Of a stretch of 64,000 bases of DNA, positions 12,501 through 27,300 are shown in pieces; position 1 is the stretch's first letter, and the number at the start of each line of letters is the position of its first letter. The stretch comes from Paragordius varius. Lineage: Eukaryota; Animalia; Nematomorpha. Location: NCBI GenBank assembly GCA_964247055.1, contig OZ176052.1, forward strand, positions 13,144,001-13,208,000. Direction: 5' to 3'. The notes below the pieces were generated by a model. The model was not told the origin of the DNA. It saw only the letters and a list, made by a program, of their open reading frames with translations, and did no database searches. A program made the position numbers and the translations under genes.

Positions 12501-13994
12501 GTCACCGGTGAACAAAACTATTTTTTATACATTCTCTTAGTAAGACTGTATCAAAATATAGAGATAGTTTGACAAACTCTTTCATATCCGATTTTTACAA
12601 CGATACTTTAAAAATTAATGTATAAAACTAGTCGCATCAAAACTCAAGTTTAACTTTGTCCTTAAAAATCGAATATTGGTCACCGGTGAACAAAATAATT
12701 TTTTATACATTCTCTTAGTAGGACTACATCAAAATATAGAGATAGTGTGGCAAACTCTTTCATATACGATTTTTACAACGTACTTTAAAAATTAATGTAT
12801 AAAACTAGTCGCATCAATACTCAAGTTAAACTTTGTCCTTAAAAATCGGATATTGGTCACGGTGAACAAAATTATTTTTTATACATTCTCTTAGTAAGAC
12901 TACATCAAAATATAGAAATCGTTTGACAAACTCTTTCATATCCGATTTTTACAACGATACTTTAAAAATTAATGTATAAAAGTAGTCGCATCAATACTCA
13001 AGTCAAATTATGTCCTTAAAAATGGGATATTGATCACCGGTGAACAAAATTATTTTTTATACATTCTCTTAGCAAGACTACATCAAAATATAGAGATAGT
13101 TTGACAAACTCTTTCATATCCGTTTTTACAACGATACTTTAAAAATTAATGTATAAAACTAGCCGCATCAATACTCAAGTTAAACTTTGTCCTTAAAAAT
13201 CGAATATTGGTCACCGGTGAACAAAATAATTTTTTATACATTCTCTTAGTAGGACTACATCAAAATATAGAGATAGTTTGGCAAACTCTTTCATATCCGA
13301 TTTTTACAACGATACTTTAAAAATTAATGTATAAAACTAGTCGCATCAATACTCATGTTAAACTTTGTCCTTAAAAATCGGATATTGGTCACGGTGAACA
13401 AAATTATTTTTTATACATTCTCTTAGTAAGACTACATCAAAATATAGAAATAGTTTGACAAACTCTTTCATATCCGATTTTTACAACGATACTTTAAAAA
13501 TTAATGTAATAAACTAGTCGCATCAATACTCAAGTTAAACTTTGTCCTTAAAAATCGAATATTGGTCACCGGTGAACAAAATTATTTTTTATACATTCTC
13601 TTAGTAAGACTACATAAAATATAGAGATAGTTTGACAAACTCTTTCATATCCGATTTTTACAACGATACTTTAAAAATTAATGTATTAAACTAGTCGCAT
13701 CAATACTCAAGTTAAACTTTGTCCTTAAAAATCGGATATTGGTCACCGGTGAACAAAATTATTTTTTATACATTCTCTTAGCAAGACTACATCAAAATAT
13801 GGAGATAGTTTGACAAACTCTTTCATATCCGATTTTTACAACGATACTTTAAAAAATAATGTATTAAACTAGTCGATCAATACTCAAGTTAAACTTTGTC
13901 CTTAAAAATCGGATATTGGTCACCGGTGAACAAAATTATTTTTTATACATTCTCTTAGCAAGACTACATCAAAATATAGAGATAGTTTGACAAA

Positions 13995-16900
13995 CTCTTT
14001 CATATCCGATTTTTACAACGATACTTTAAAAATTAATGTATAACAGTAGTCGCATCAATACTCAAGTCAAATTATGTCCTTAAAAATGGTATATTGATCA
14101 CCGGTGAACAAAACTATTTTTTATACATTCTCTTAGTAAGACTACATCAAAATAACGAAATAGTTTGACAAACTCTTTCATATCCGATTTTAACAACGAT
14201 ACTTTAAAAATTAATGTATTAAAATAGTCGCATCAATACTCAAGTTAAACTTTGTCCTTAAAAATCGGATATTGGTCACCGGTGAACAAAATTATTTTTT
14301 ATACATTCTCTTAGCAAGACTACATCAAAATATAGAGATAGTAAATCGCATCAATACTCAAGTTAAACTTTGTCCTTAAAAATCGGATATTGGTCACCGG
14401 TGAACAAATCTATTTTTTATACATTCTCTTAGTAGGACTACATCAAAATATAGAGATAGTTTGGCAAACTCTTTCATATCCGATTTTTACAACGATACTT
14501 TAAAAATTAATGTATTAAACTAGTCGCATCAAAACTCAAGTTAAACTTTGTCCTTAAAAATCGGATATTGGTCACCGGTGAACAAAATAATTTTTTATAC
14601 ATTCTCTTAGTAAGACTACATCAAAATATAGAGATAGTTTGACAAACTCTTTCATATCCGATTTTTACAACGATACTTTAAAAATTAATGTATAAAACTA
14701 GTCGTATCAATAAATCGCATCAATACTCAAGTTAAACTTTGTCCTTAAAAATCGGATATTGGTCATCGGTGAACAAAATTATTTTTTATACATTCTCTTA
14801 GTAAGACTACATCAAAATATAGAGATAGTTTGACAAACTCTTTCATATCCAATTTTTACAACGATACTTTAAAAATTAATGTGTTAAACTAGTCGCTTCA
14901 ATACTCAAGTTAAACTTTGTCCTTAAAAATCGAATATTGGTCACCGGTGAACAAAATTATTTTTTATACATTCTCTTAGTAAGACTACATCAAAATATAG
15001 AAATAGTTTGACAAACTCTTTCATATCCGATTTTTACAACGATACTTTAAAAATTAATGTATAAAACTATTCGCATCAATACTCAAGTTAAACTTTATCC
15101 TTAAAAATTGGATATTGGTCACCGGTGAACAAAATAATTTTTTATACATTCTCTTAGTAAGACTACATCAAAATATAGAGAGAGTTTGACAAACTCTTTC
15201 ATATCCGATTTTTACAACGATACTTTAAAAATTATGGTATTAAACTAGTCGCATCAATACTCAAATTAAACTTTGTCCTTAAAAATCGGATATTGGTCAC
15301 CGGTGAACAAAATTATTTTTTATATATTCTCTTAGCAAGACTACATCAAAATATAGAGATAGTTTGACAAACTCTTTCATATCCGATTTTTACAACGATA
15401 CTTTAAAAATGAATGTATTAAACTAGTCGCATCAATACTCAAGTTAAACTTTGTCCTTAAAAATCGGATATTGGTCACCGGTGAACAAAATTATTTTTTA
15501 TACATTCTCTTAGCAAGACTACATCAAAATATAGAGATAGTTTGACAAACTCTTTCATATCCGATTTTTACAACGATACTTTAAAAATTAATGTATAAAA
15601 GTAGTCGCATCAAAACTCAAGTCAAATTATGTCTTAAAAATGGGATATTGATCACCGGTGAACAAAACTATTTTTTATACATTCTCTTAGTAAGACTACA
15701 TCAAAATATAGATATAGTTTGACAAACTCTTTCATATCCGATTTTTACAGCGATACTTTAAAAATTAATGTATAAAACTATTCGCATCAATACTCAAGTT
15801 AAACTTTATCCTTAAAAATTGGATATTGGTCACCGGTGAACAAAATAATTTTTTATACATTCTCTTAGTAAGACTACATCAAAATATAGAGATAGTTTGA
15901 CAAACTCTTTCATATCCGATTTTTACAACGATACTTTAAAAATTAATGTGTTAAACTAGTCGCATCAATACTCAAGTTAAACTTTGTCCTTAAAAATCGG
16001 ATATTGGTCACCGGTGAACAAAATTATTTTTTATACATTCTCTTAGCAAGACTACATCAAAATATAGAGATAGTTTGACAAACTCTTTCATATCCGATTT
16101 TTACAACGATACTTTAAAAATTAATGTATAACAGTAGTCGCATCAATACTCAAGTCAAATTATGTCCTTAAAAATGGTATATTGATCACCGGTGAACAAA
16201 ACTATTTTTTATACATTCTCTTAGTAAGACTACATCAAAATAACGAAATAGTTTGACAAACTCTTTCATATCCGATTTTTACAACGATACTTTAAAAATT
16301 AATGTATTAAAATAGTCGCATCAATACTCAAGTTAAACTTTGTCCTTAAAAATCGGATATTGGTCACCGGTGAACAAAATTATTTTTTATACATTCTCTT
16401 AGCAAGACTACATCAAAATATAGAGATAGTAAATCGCATCAATACTCAAGTTAAACTTTGTCCTTAAAAATCGGATATTGGTCACCGGTGAACAAATCTA
16501 TTTTTTATACATTCTCTTAGTAGGACTACATCAAAATATAGAGATAGTTTGGCAAACTCTTTCATATCTGATTTTTACAACGATACTTTAAAAATTAATG
16601 TATTAAACTAGTCGCATCAAAACTCAAGTTAAACTTTGTCCTTAAAAATCGGATATTGGTCACCGGTGAACAAAATAATTTTTTATACATTCTCTTAGTA
16701 AGACTACATCAAAATATAGAGATAGTTTGACAAACTCTTTCATATCCGATTTTTACAACGATACTTTAAAAATTAATGTATATAACTAGTCGTATCAATA
16801 AATCGCATCAATACTCAAGTTAAACTTTGTCCTTAAAAATCGGATATTGGTCATCGGTGAACAAAATTATTTTTTATACATTTTAGTAAGACTACATCAA

Positions 16901-19900
16901 AATATAGAGATAGTTTGACAAACTCTTTCATATCCAATTTTTACAACGATACTTTAAAAATTAATGTGTTAAACTAGTCGCTTCAATACTCAAGTTAAAC
17001 TTTGTCCTTAAAAATCGAATATTGGTCACCGGTGAACAAAATTATTTTTTATACATTCTCTTAGTACGACTACATCAAAATATAGAAATAGTTTGACAAA
17101 CTCTTTCATATCCGATTTTTACAACGATACTTTAAAAATTAATGTATAAAACTATTCGCATCAATACTCAAGTTAAACTTTATCCTTAAAAATTGGATAT
17201 TGGTCACCGGTGAACAAAATAATTTTTTATACATTCTCTTAGTAAGACTACATCAAAATATAGAGATAGTTTGACAAACTCTTTCATATCCGATTTTTAC
17301 AACGATACTTTAAAAATTATGGTATTAAACTAGTCGCATCAATACTCAAATTAAACTTTGTCCTTAAAAATCGGATATTGGTCACCGGTGAACAAAATTA
17401 TTTTTTATATATTCTCTTAGCAAGACTACATCAAAATATAGAGATAGTTTGACAAACTCTTTCATATCCGATTTTTACAACGATACTTTAAAAATTAATG
17501 TATTAAACTAGTCGCATCAATACTCAAGTTAAACTTTGTCCTTAAAAATCGGATATTGGTCACCGGTGAACAAAATTATTTTTTATACATTCTCTTAGCA
17601 AGACTACATCAAAATATAGAGATAGTTTGACAAACTCTTTCATATCCGATTTTTACAACGATACTTTAAAAATTAATGTATAAAAGTAGTCGCATCAAAA
17701 CTCAAGTCAAATTATGTCCTTAAAAATGGGATATTGATCACCGGTGAACAAAACTATTTTTTATACATTCTCTTAGTAAGACTACATCAAAATATAGATA
17801 TAGTTTGACAAACTCTTTCATATCCGATTTTTACAGCGATACTTTAAAAATTAATGTATAAAACTATTCGCATCAATACTCAAGTTAAACTTTATCCTTA
17901 AAAATTGGATATTGGTCACCGGTGAACAAAATAATTTTTTATACATTCTCTTAGTAAGACTACATCAAAATATAGAGATAGTTTGACAAACTCTTTCATA
18001 TCCGATTTTTACAACGATACTTTAAATATTAATGTATTAAACTTGTCGCATCAATACTCAAGTCAAATTATGTCCTTTAAAATGGGATATTGATCACTGG
18101 TGAACAAAACTATTTTTTATACATTCTCTAGTAAGACTACATCAAAATATAGAGATAGTTTGGCAAACTCTTTCATATCCGATTTTTACAACGATACTTT
18201 AAAAATTAATGTATAAAACTAGTCGCATCAATACTTAAGTTAAACTTTGTCCTTAAAAATCAATATTGGTCACCGGTGATTAAAATTATTTTTTATACAT
18301 TCTCTTAGTAGGACTACATCAAAATATAGAGATAGTTTGGCAAACTCTTTCATATCCGATTTTTACAACGATACTTTAAAAATTAATGTATTAAACTAGT
18401 CGCATCAATACTCAAGTTAAACTTTGTCCTTAAAAATCGGATATTGGTCACCGGTGAACAAAATTTTTTTTTATACATTCTCTTAGTAAGACTACATCAA
18501 AATATAGAGATAGTTTGACAAACTCTTTCATATCCGATTTTTACAACGATACTTTAAAAATTAATGTATAACAGTAGTCGCATCAATACTCAAGTCAAAT
18601 TATGTCCTTAAAAATGGTATATTGATCACCGGTGAACAAAACTATTTTTTATACATTCTCTTAGTAAGACCTCATCAAAATAACGAAATAGTTTGACAAA
18701 CTCTTTCATATCCGATTTTTACAACGATACTTTAAAAATTAATGTATTAAAATAGTCGCATCAATACTCAAGTTAAACTTTGTCCTTAAAAATCGGATAT
18801 TGGTCACCGGTGAACAAAATTATTTTTTATACATTCTCTTAGCAAGACTACATCAAAATATAGAGATAGTAAATCGCATCAATACTCAAGTTAAACTTTG
18901 TCCTTAAAAATCGGATATTGGTCACCGGTGAACAAATCTATTTTTTATACATTCTCTTAGTAGGACTACATCAAAATATAGAGATAGTTTGGCAAACTCT
19001 TTCATATCTGATTTTTACAACGATACTTTAAAAATTAATGTATTAAACTAGTCGCATCAAAACTCAAGTTAAACTTTGTCCTTAAAAATCGGATATTGGT
19101 CACCGGTGAACAAAATAATTTTTTATACATTCTCTTAGTAAGACTACATCAAAATATAGAGATAGTTTGACAAACTCTTTCATATCCGATTTTTACAACG
19201 ATACTTTAAAAATTAATGTATATAACTAGTCGTATCAATAAATCGCATCAATACTCAAGTTAAACTTTGTCCTTAAAAATCGGATATTGGTCATCGGTGA
19301 ACAAAATTATTTTTTATACATTTTAGTAAGACTACATCAAAATATAGAGATAGTTTGACAAACTCTTTCATATCCAATTTTTACAACGATACTTTAAAAA
19401 TTAATGTGTTAAACTAGTCGCTTCAATACTCAAGTTAAACTTTGTCCTTAAAAATCGAATATTGGTCACCGGTGAACAAAATTATTTTTTATACATTCTC
19501 TTAGTAAGACTACATCAAAATATAGAAATAGTTTGACAAACTCTTTCATATCCGATTTTTACAACGATACTTTAAAAATTAATGTATAAAACTATTCGCA
19601 TCAATACTCAAGTTAAACTTTATCCTTAAAAATTGGATATTGGTCACCGGTGAACAAAATAATTTTTTATACATTCTCTTAGTAAGACTACATCAAAATA
19701 TAGAGATAGTTTGACAAACTCTTTCATATCCGATTTTTACAACGATACTTTAAAAATTATGGTATTAAACTAGTCGCATCAATACTCAAATTAAACTTTG
19801 TCCTTAAAAATCGGATATTGGTCACCGGTGAACAAAATTATTTTTTATATATTCTCTTAGCAAGACTACATCAAAATATAGAGATAGTTTGACAAACTCT

Positions 19901-20962
19901 TTCATATCCGATTTTTACAACGATACTTTAAAAATTAATGTATTAAACTAGTCGCATCAATACTCAAGTTAAACTTTGTCCTTAAAAATCGGATATTGGT
20001 CACCGGTGAACAAAATTATTTTTTATACATTCTCTTAGCAAGACTACATCAAAATATAGAGATAGTTTGACAAACTCTTTCATATCCGATTTTTACAACG
20101 ATACTTTAAAAATTAATGTATAAAAGTAGTCGCATCAAAACTCAAGTCAAATTATGTCCTTAAAAATGGGATATTGATCACCGGTGAACAAAACTATTTT
20201 TTATACATTCTCTTAGTAAGACTACATCAAAATATAGATATAGTTTGACAAACTCTTTCATATCCGATTTTTACAGCGATACTTTAAAAATTAATGTATA
20301 AAACTATTCGCATCAATACTCAAGTTAAACTTTATCCTTAAAAATTGGATATTGGTCACCGGTGAACAAAATAATTTTTTATACATTCTCTTAGTAAGAC
20401 TACATCAAAATATAGAGATAGTTTGACAAACTCTTTCATATCCGATTTTTACAACGATACTTTAAATATTAATGTATTAAACTTGTCGCATCAATACTCA
20501 AGTCAAATTATGTCCTTTAAAATGGGATATTGATCACTGGTGAACAAAACTATTTTTTATACATTCTCTAGTAAGACTACATCAAAATATAGAGATAGTT
20601 TGGCAAACTCTTTCATATCCGATTTTTACAACGATACTTTAAAAATTAATGTATAAAACTAGTCGCATCAATACTTAAGTTAAACTTTGTCCTTAAAAAT
20701 CAATATTGGTCACCGGTGATTAAAATTATTTTTTATACATTCTCTTAGTAGGACTACATCAAAATATAGAGATAGTTTGGCAAACTCTTTCATATCCGAT
20801 TTTTACAACGATACTTTAAAAATTAATGTATTAAACTAGTCGCATCAATACTCAAGTTAAACTTTGTCCTTAAAAATCGGATATTGGTCACCGGTGAACA
20901 AAATTTTTTTTTATACATTCTCTTAGTAAGACTACATCAAAATATAGAGATAGTTTGACAAA
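13995..20962 (+). repeat. HOR series: 12-mer (2088 bp) followed by two near-identical 14-mers (2440 bp; 16083-18522 and 18523-20962)
   Basis: ggtcatcggt is at 14761, 16849 and 19289; acagtagtcg at 16131/18571. 2088 = 12x178 - 60 + 13 - 1, and 2440 = 14x178 - 60 + 13 - 5. Confidence 0.92.
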
Positions 20963-23900
20963 CTCTTTCATATCCGATTTTTACAACGATACTTTAAAAA
21001 TTAATGTATAAAACTATTCGCATCAATACTCAAGTTAAACTTTATCCTTAAAAATTGGATATTGGTCACCGGTGAACAAAATAATTTTTTATACATTCTC
21101 TTAGTAAGACTACATCAAAATATAGAGATAGTTTGACAAACTCTTTCATATCCGATTTTTACAACGATACTTTAAAAATTATGGTATTAAACTAGTCGCA
21201 TCAATACTCAAATTAAACTTTGTCCTTAAAAATCGGATATTGGTCACCGGTGAACAAAATTATTTTTTATACATTCTCTTAGTAGGACTACATCAAAATA
21301 TAGAGATAGTTTGGCAAACTCTTTCATATCCGATTTTTACAACGATACTTTAAAAATTAATGTATTAAACTAGTCGCATCAATACTCAAGTTAAACTTTG
21401 TCCTTAAAAATCGGATATTGGTCACCGGTGAACAAAATTATTTTTTATACATTCTCTTAGTAAGACTACATCAAAATATAGAGATAGTTTGACAAACTCT
21501 TTCATATCCGATTTTTACAACGATACTTTAAAAATTAATGTATAAAACTATTCGCATCAATACTCAAGTTAAACTTTATCCTTAAAAATTGGATATTGGT
21601 CACCGGTGAACAAAATAATTTTTTATACATTCTCTTAGTAAGACTACATCAAAATATAGAGATAGTTTGACAAACTCTTTCATATCCGATTTTTACAACG
21701 ATACTTTAAAAATTATGGTATTAAACTAGTCGCATCAATACTCAAATTAAACTTTGTCCTTAAAAATCGGATATTGGTCACCGGTGAACAAAATTATTTT
21801 TTATATATTCTCTTAGCAAGACTACATCAAAATATAGAGATAGTTTGACAAACTCTTTCATATCCGATTTATGCAACGATACTTTAAAAATTAATGTATA
21901 AAACTAGTCGCACCAATACTAAAGTTAATTATCCTTAAAAATTGGATATTGGTCACCGGTGAACAAAATAATTTTTTATACATTCTATTAGTAAGACTAC
22001 ATCAAAATATAGAGATAGTTTGACAAGCTCTTTCATATCCGATTTTTACAACGATACTTTAAAAATTATGGTATTAAACTAGTCGCATCAATACTCAAAT
22101 TAAACTTTGTCCTTAAAAATCGGATATTGGTCACCGGTGAACAAAATTATTTTTTATATATTCTCTTAGCAAGACTACATCAAAATATAGAGATAGTTTG
22201 ACAAACTCGTTCATATCCGATTTTTACAACGATACTTTAAATATTAATGTATTAAACTTGTCGCATCAATACTCAAGTCAAATTATGTCCTTTAAAATGG
22301 GATATTGATCACTGGTGAACAAAACTATTTTTTATACATTCTCTAGTAAGACTACATCAAAATATAGAGATAGTTTGGCAAACTCTTTCATATCCGATTT
22401 TTACAACGATACTTTAAAAATTAATGTATAAAACTAGTCGCATCAATACTTAAGTTAAACTTTGTCCTTAAAAATCAATATTGGTCACCGGTGATTAAAA
22501 TTATTTTTTATACATTCTCTTAGTAGGACTACATCAAAATATAGAGATAGTTTGGCAAACTCTTTCATATCCGATTTTTACAACGATACTTTAAAAATTA
22601 ATGTATTAAACTAGTCGCATCAATACTCAAGTTAAACTTTGTCTTTTAAAAATCGGATATTGGTCACTTGTGAACAAAATTATTTTTTATACATTCTCTT
22701 AGCAAGACTACATCAAAATATAGAAATAGTTTGACAAACTCTTTCATATCCGATTTTTACAACGATACTTTAAATATTAATGTATTAAACTTGTCGCATC
22801 AATACTCAAGTCAAATTATGTCCTTTAAAATGGGATATTGGTCACCGGTGAACAAAATTATTTTTTATACATTCTCTTAGCAAGACTACATCAAAATATA
22901 GAGATAGTTTGACAAACTCTTTCATATCCGATTTTTACAACGATACTTTAAAAATTAATGTATAAAAGTAGTCGTATCAATAAATCGCATCAATACTCAA
23001 GTTAAACTTTGTCCTTAAAAATGGGATATTGATCACTGGTGAACAAAACTATTTTTTATACATTCTCTAGTAAGACTACATCAAAATATAGAGATAGTTT
23101 GGCAAACTCTTTCATATCCGATTTTTACAACGATACTTTAAAAATTAATGTATAAAACTAGTCGCATCAATACTTAAGTTAAACTTTGTCCTTAAAAATC
23201 GAATATTGGTCACCGGTCAACAAAATTATTTTTTATACATTCTCTTAGTAAGACTACATCAAAATATAGAGATAGTTTGACAAACTCTATATCCGATTAT
23301 TACAAGGATACTTTAAAAATTAGTGTATAAAACTAGTCGCATCAATACTCAAGTTAAATTTTGTCCTTAAAAATGGGATATTGATCACCGGTGAACAAAA
23401 CTATTTTTTATACATTCTCTTAGTAACACTACATCAAAATATAGAAATAGTTTGACAAACTCTTTCATATCCGATTTTTACAACGATACTTTAAAAATTA
23501 ATGTATTAAAATAGTCGCATCAATACTCAAGTTAAACTTTGTCCTTAAAAATCGGATATTGGTCACCGGTGAACAAAATTATTTTTTATACATTCTCTTA
23601 GCAAGACTACATCAAAATATAGAGATAGTTTGACAAACTCTTTCATATCCGATTTTTACAACGATACTTTATAAATTAATGTATAAAACTAGTCGTATCA
23701 ATAAGTCGCATCAATACTCAAGTTAAACTTTGTCCTTAAAAATCGGATATTGGTCACCGGTGAACAAAATTATTTTTTATACATACTCTTAGTAAGACTA
23801 CATCAAAATATAGAGATAGTTTGACAAACTCTTTCATATCCGATTTTTACAACGATACTTTAAAAATTAATGTATTAAACTAGTCGCATCAATACTCAAG

Positions 23901-24379
23901 TTAAACTTTGTCCTTAAAAATCGGATATTGGTCACCGGTGAACAAAATTATTTTTTATACATTCTCTTAGTAAGACTACATCAAAATATAGAGATAGTTT
24001 GACAAACTCTTTCATATCCGATTTTTACAACGATACTTTAAAAATTAATGTATTAAACTAGTCGCATCAATACTCAAGTTAAACTTTGTCCTTAAAAATC
24101 GGATATTGGTCACCGGTGAACAAAATTATTTTTTATACATTCTCTTAGCAAGACTACATCAAAATATAGAGATAGTTTGAAAACTCTTTCATATCCGATT
24201 TTTACAACGATACTTTATAAATTAATGTATAAAACTAGTCGTATCAATAACTCGCATCAATACTCAAGTTAAACTTTGTCCTTAAAAATCGGATATTGGT
24301 CACCGGTGAACAAAATAATTTTTTATACATTCTCTTACTATGACTACATCAAAATATAGAGATAGTTTGACAAACTCAT

Positions 24380-27300
24380 TCATATCCGATTTTTACAACG
24401 ATACTCTAAAAATTAATGTATTAAACTAGTCGCATCAATACTCAAGTTAAACTTTGTCCTTAAAAATCGGATATTGGTCACCGGTGAACAAAATATTTTT
24501 TTATACATTCTTTTAGTATGACTACATCAAAATATAGAGATAGTTTGACAAACTCTTTCATATCCGATTTTTACAACGATACTTTAAAAATTAATGTATT
24601 AAACTAGTCGCATCAATACTCAAGTTAAACTTTGTCCTTAAAAATCGGATATTGGTCACCGGTGAACAAAATTATTTTTTATACATTCTCTTAGCAAGAC
24701 TACATCAAAATATAGAGATAGTTTGACAAACTCTTTCATATCCGATTTTCACATCCATACTTTATAAATTAATGTATAAAACTAGTCGTATCAATACTCA
24801 AGTTAAACTTTGTCCTTAAAAATCGGATATTGGTAACCGGTGAAAAAAATAATTTTTTATACATTCACTTAGTAAGACTACATCAAAATATAGAGATAGT
24901 TTGACAAACTCTTTCATATCCGATTTTTACAACGATACTTTAAAAATTAATGTATTAAACTAGTCGCATCAATACTCAAGTTAAACTTTGTCCTTAAAAA
25001 TCGGATATTGGTCACCGGTGAACAAAATAATTTTTTATACATTCTCTTAGTAAGACTACATCAAAATATAGAGATAGTTTGACAAACTCTTTCATATCCG
25101 ATTTTTACAACGATACTTTAAAAATTAATGTGTTAAACTAGTCGCATCGATACTCAAGTTAAACTTTGTCCTTAAAAATCGGATATTGGTCACCGGTGAA
25201 CAAAATTATTTTTTATACATTCTCTTAGTAAGACTACATCAAAATATAGAGATAGTTTGACAAACTCTTTCATATCCGATTTTTACAACGATACTCTAAA
25301 AATTAATGTATTAAACTAGTCGCATCAATACTCAAGTTAAACTTTGTCCTTAAAAATCGGATATTGGTCACCGGTGAACAAAATATTTTTTTATACATTC
25401 TTTTAGTATGACTACATCAAAATATAGAGATAGTTTGACAAACTCTTTCATATCCGATTTTTACAACGATACTTTAAAAATTAATGTATTAAACTAGTCA
25501 CATCAATACTCAAGTTAAACTTTGTCCTTAAAAATCGGATATTGGTCACCGGTGAACAAAATTATTTTTTATACATTCTCTTAGCAAGACTACATCAAAA
25601 TATAGAGATAGTTTGACAAACTCTTTCATATCCGATTTTTACAACCATACTTTATAAATTAATGTATAAAACTAGTCGTATCAATACTCAAGTTAAACTT
25701 TGTCCTTAAAAATCGGATATTGGTAACCGGTGAACAAAATAATTTTTTATACATTCACTTAGTAAGACTACATCAAAATATAGAGATAGTTTGACAAACT
25801 CTTTCATATCCGATTTTTACAACGATACTTTAAAAATTAATGTATTAAACTAGTCGCATCAATACTCAAATTAAACTTTGTCCTTAAAAATCGGATATTG
25901 GTCACCGGTGAACAAAATAATTTTTTATACATTCTCTTAGCAAGACTACATCAAAATATAGAGATAGTTTGACAAACTCTTTCATATCCGATTTGTACAA
26001 CGATACTTTATAAATTAATGTATGAAACTAGTCGTATCAATAAGTCGCATCAATACTCAAGTTAAACTTTGCCCTTAAAAATCGGATATTGGTCACCGGT
26101 GAACAAAATAATTTTTTATACATTCTCTTAGTATGACTACATCAAAATATAGAGATAGTTTGACAAACTCTTTCATATCCGATTTTTACAACGATAGTTC
26201 AAAAATTAATGTATTAAACTAGTCGCATCAATACTCAAGTTAAACTTTGTCCTTAAAAATCGGATATTGGTCACCGGTGAACAAAATTATTTTTTATACA
26301 TTCTCTTAGTAGGACTACATCAAAATATAGATATAGTTTGGCAAACTCTTTCATATCCGATTTTTACAACGATACTTTAAAAATTAATGTGTTAAACTAG
26401 TCGCATCGATACTCAAGTTAAACTTTGTCCTTAAAAATCGGATATTGGTCACCGGTGAACAAAATTATTTTTTATACATTCTCTTAGTAAGACTACATCA
26501 AAATATAGAGATAGTTTGACAAACTCTTTCATATCCGATTTTTACAACGATACTCTAAAAATTAATGTATTACGCATCAATACTCAAGTTAAACTTTGTC
26601 CTTAAAAATCGGATATTGGTCACCGGTGAACAAAATATTTTTTTATACATTCTTTTAGTATGACTACATCAAAATATAGAGATAGTTTGACAAACTCTTT
26701 CATATCAGATTTTTACAACGATACTTTAAAAATTAATGTATTAAACTAGTCGCATCAATACTCAAGTTAAACTTTGTCCTTAAAAATCGGATATTGGTCA
26801 CCGGTGAACAAAATTATTTTTTATACATTCTCTTAGCAAGACTACATCAAAATATAGAGATAGTTTGACAAACTCTTTCATATCCGATTTTTACAACCAT
26901 ACTTTATAAATTAATGTATAAAATTAGTCGTATCAATACTCAAGTTAAACTTTGTCCTTAAAAATCGGATATTGGTAACCGGTGAACAAAATAATTTTTA
27001 ATGCATTCACTTAGTAAGACTACATCAAAATATAGAGATAGTTTGACACACTCTTTCATATCCGATTTTTACAACGATACTTTAAAAATTAATGTATTAA
27101 ACTAGTCGCATCAATACTCAAGTTAAACTTTGTCCTTAAAAATCGGATATTGGTCACCGGTGAACAAAATAATTTTTTATACATTTTCTTAGTAAGACTA
27201 CATCAAAATATAGAGATAGTTTGACAAACTCTTTCATATCCGATTTTTACAACCATACTTTATAAATTAATGTATAAAACTAGTCGTATCAATACTCAAG

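Larger units (their letters stand above)
2900..14640 (+). repeat. ~6.8-kb (~38-monomer) block duplication: about 2900-8020 repeated at about 9640-14640
   Basis: The offset is 6725 at ataacga (3001/9726), 6803 after the 79-bp deletion (4528/11331), 6799 (5946/12745), and 6621 after loss of one monomer (gtcgatcaa 7251/13872). Confidence 0.87.

Noticed and set aside
14706-14716. Poly(A) signal AATAAA in the taaatcgc allele, and ATTAAA in the consensus
   Set aside because: These are expected by chance at 72% AT, and there is no transcript or gene context.
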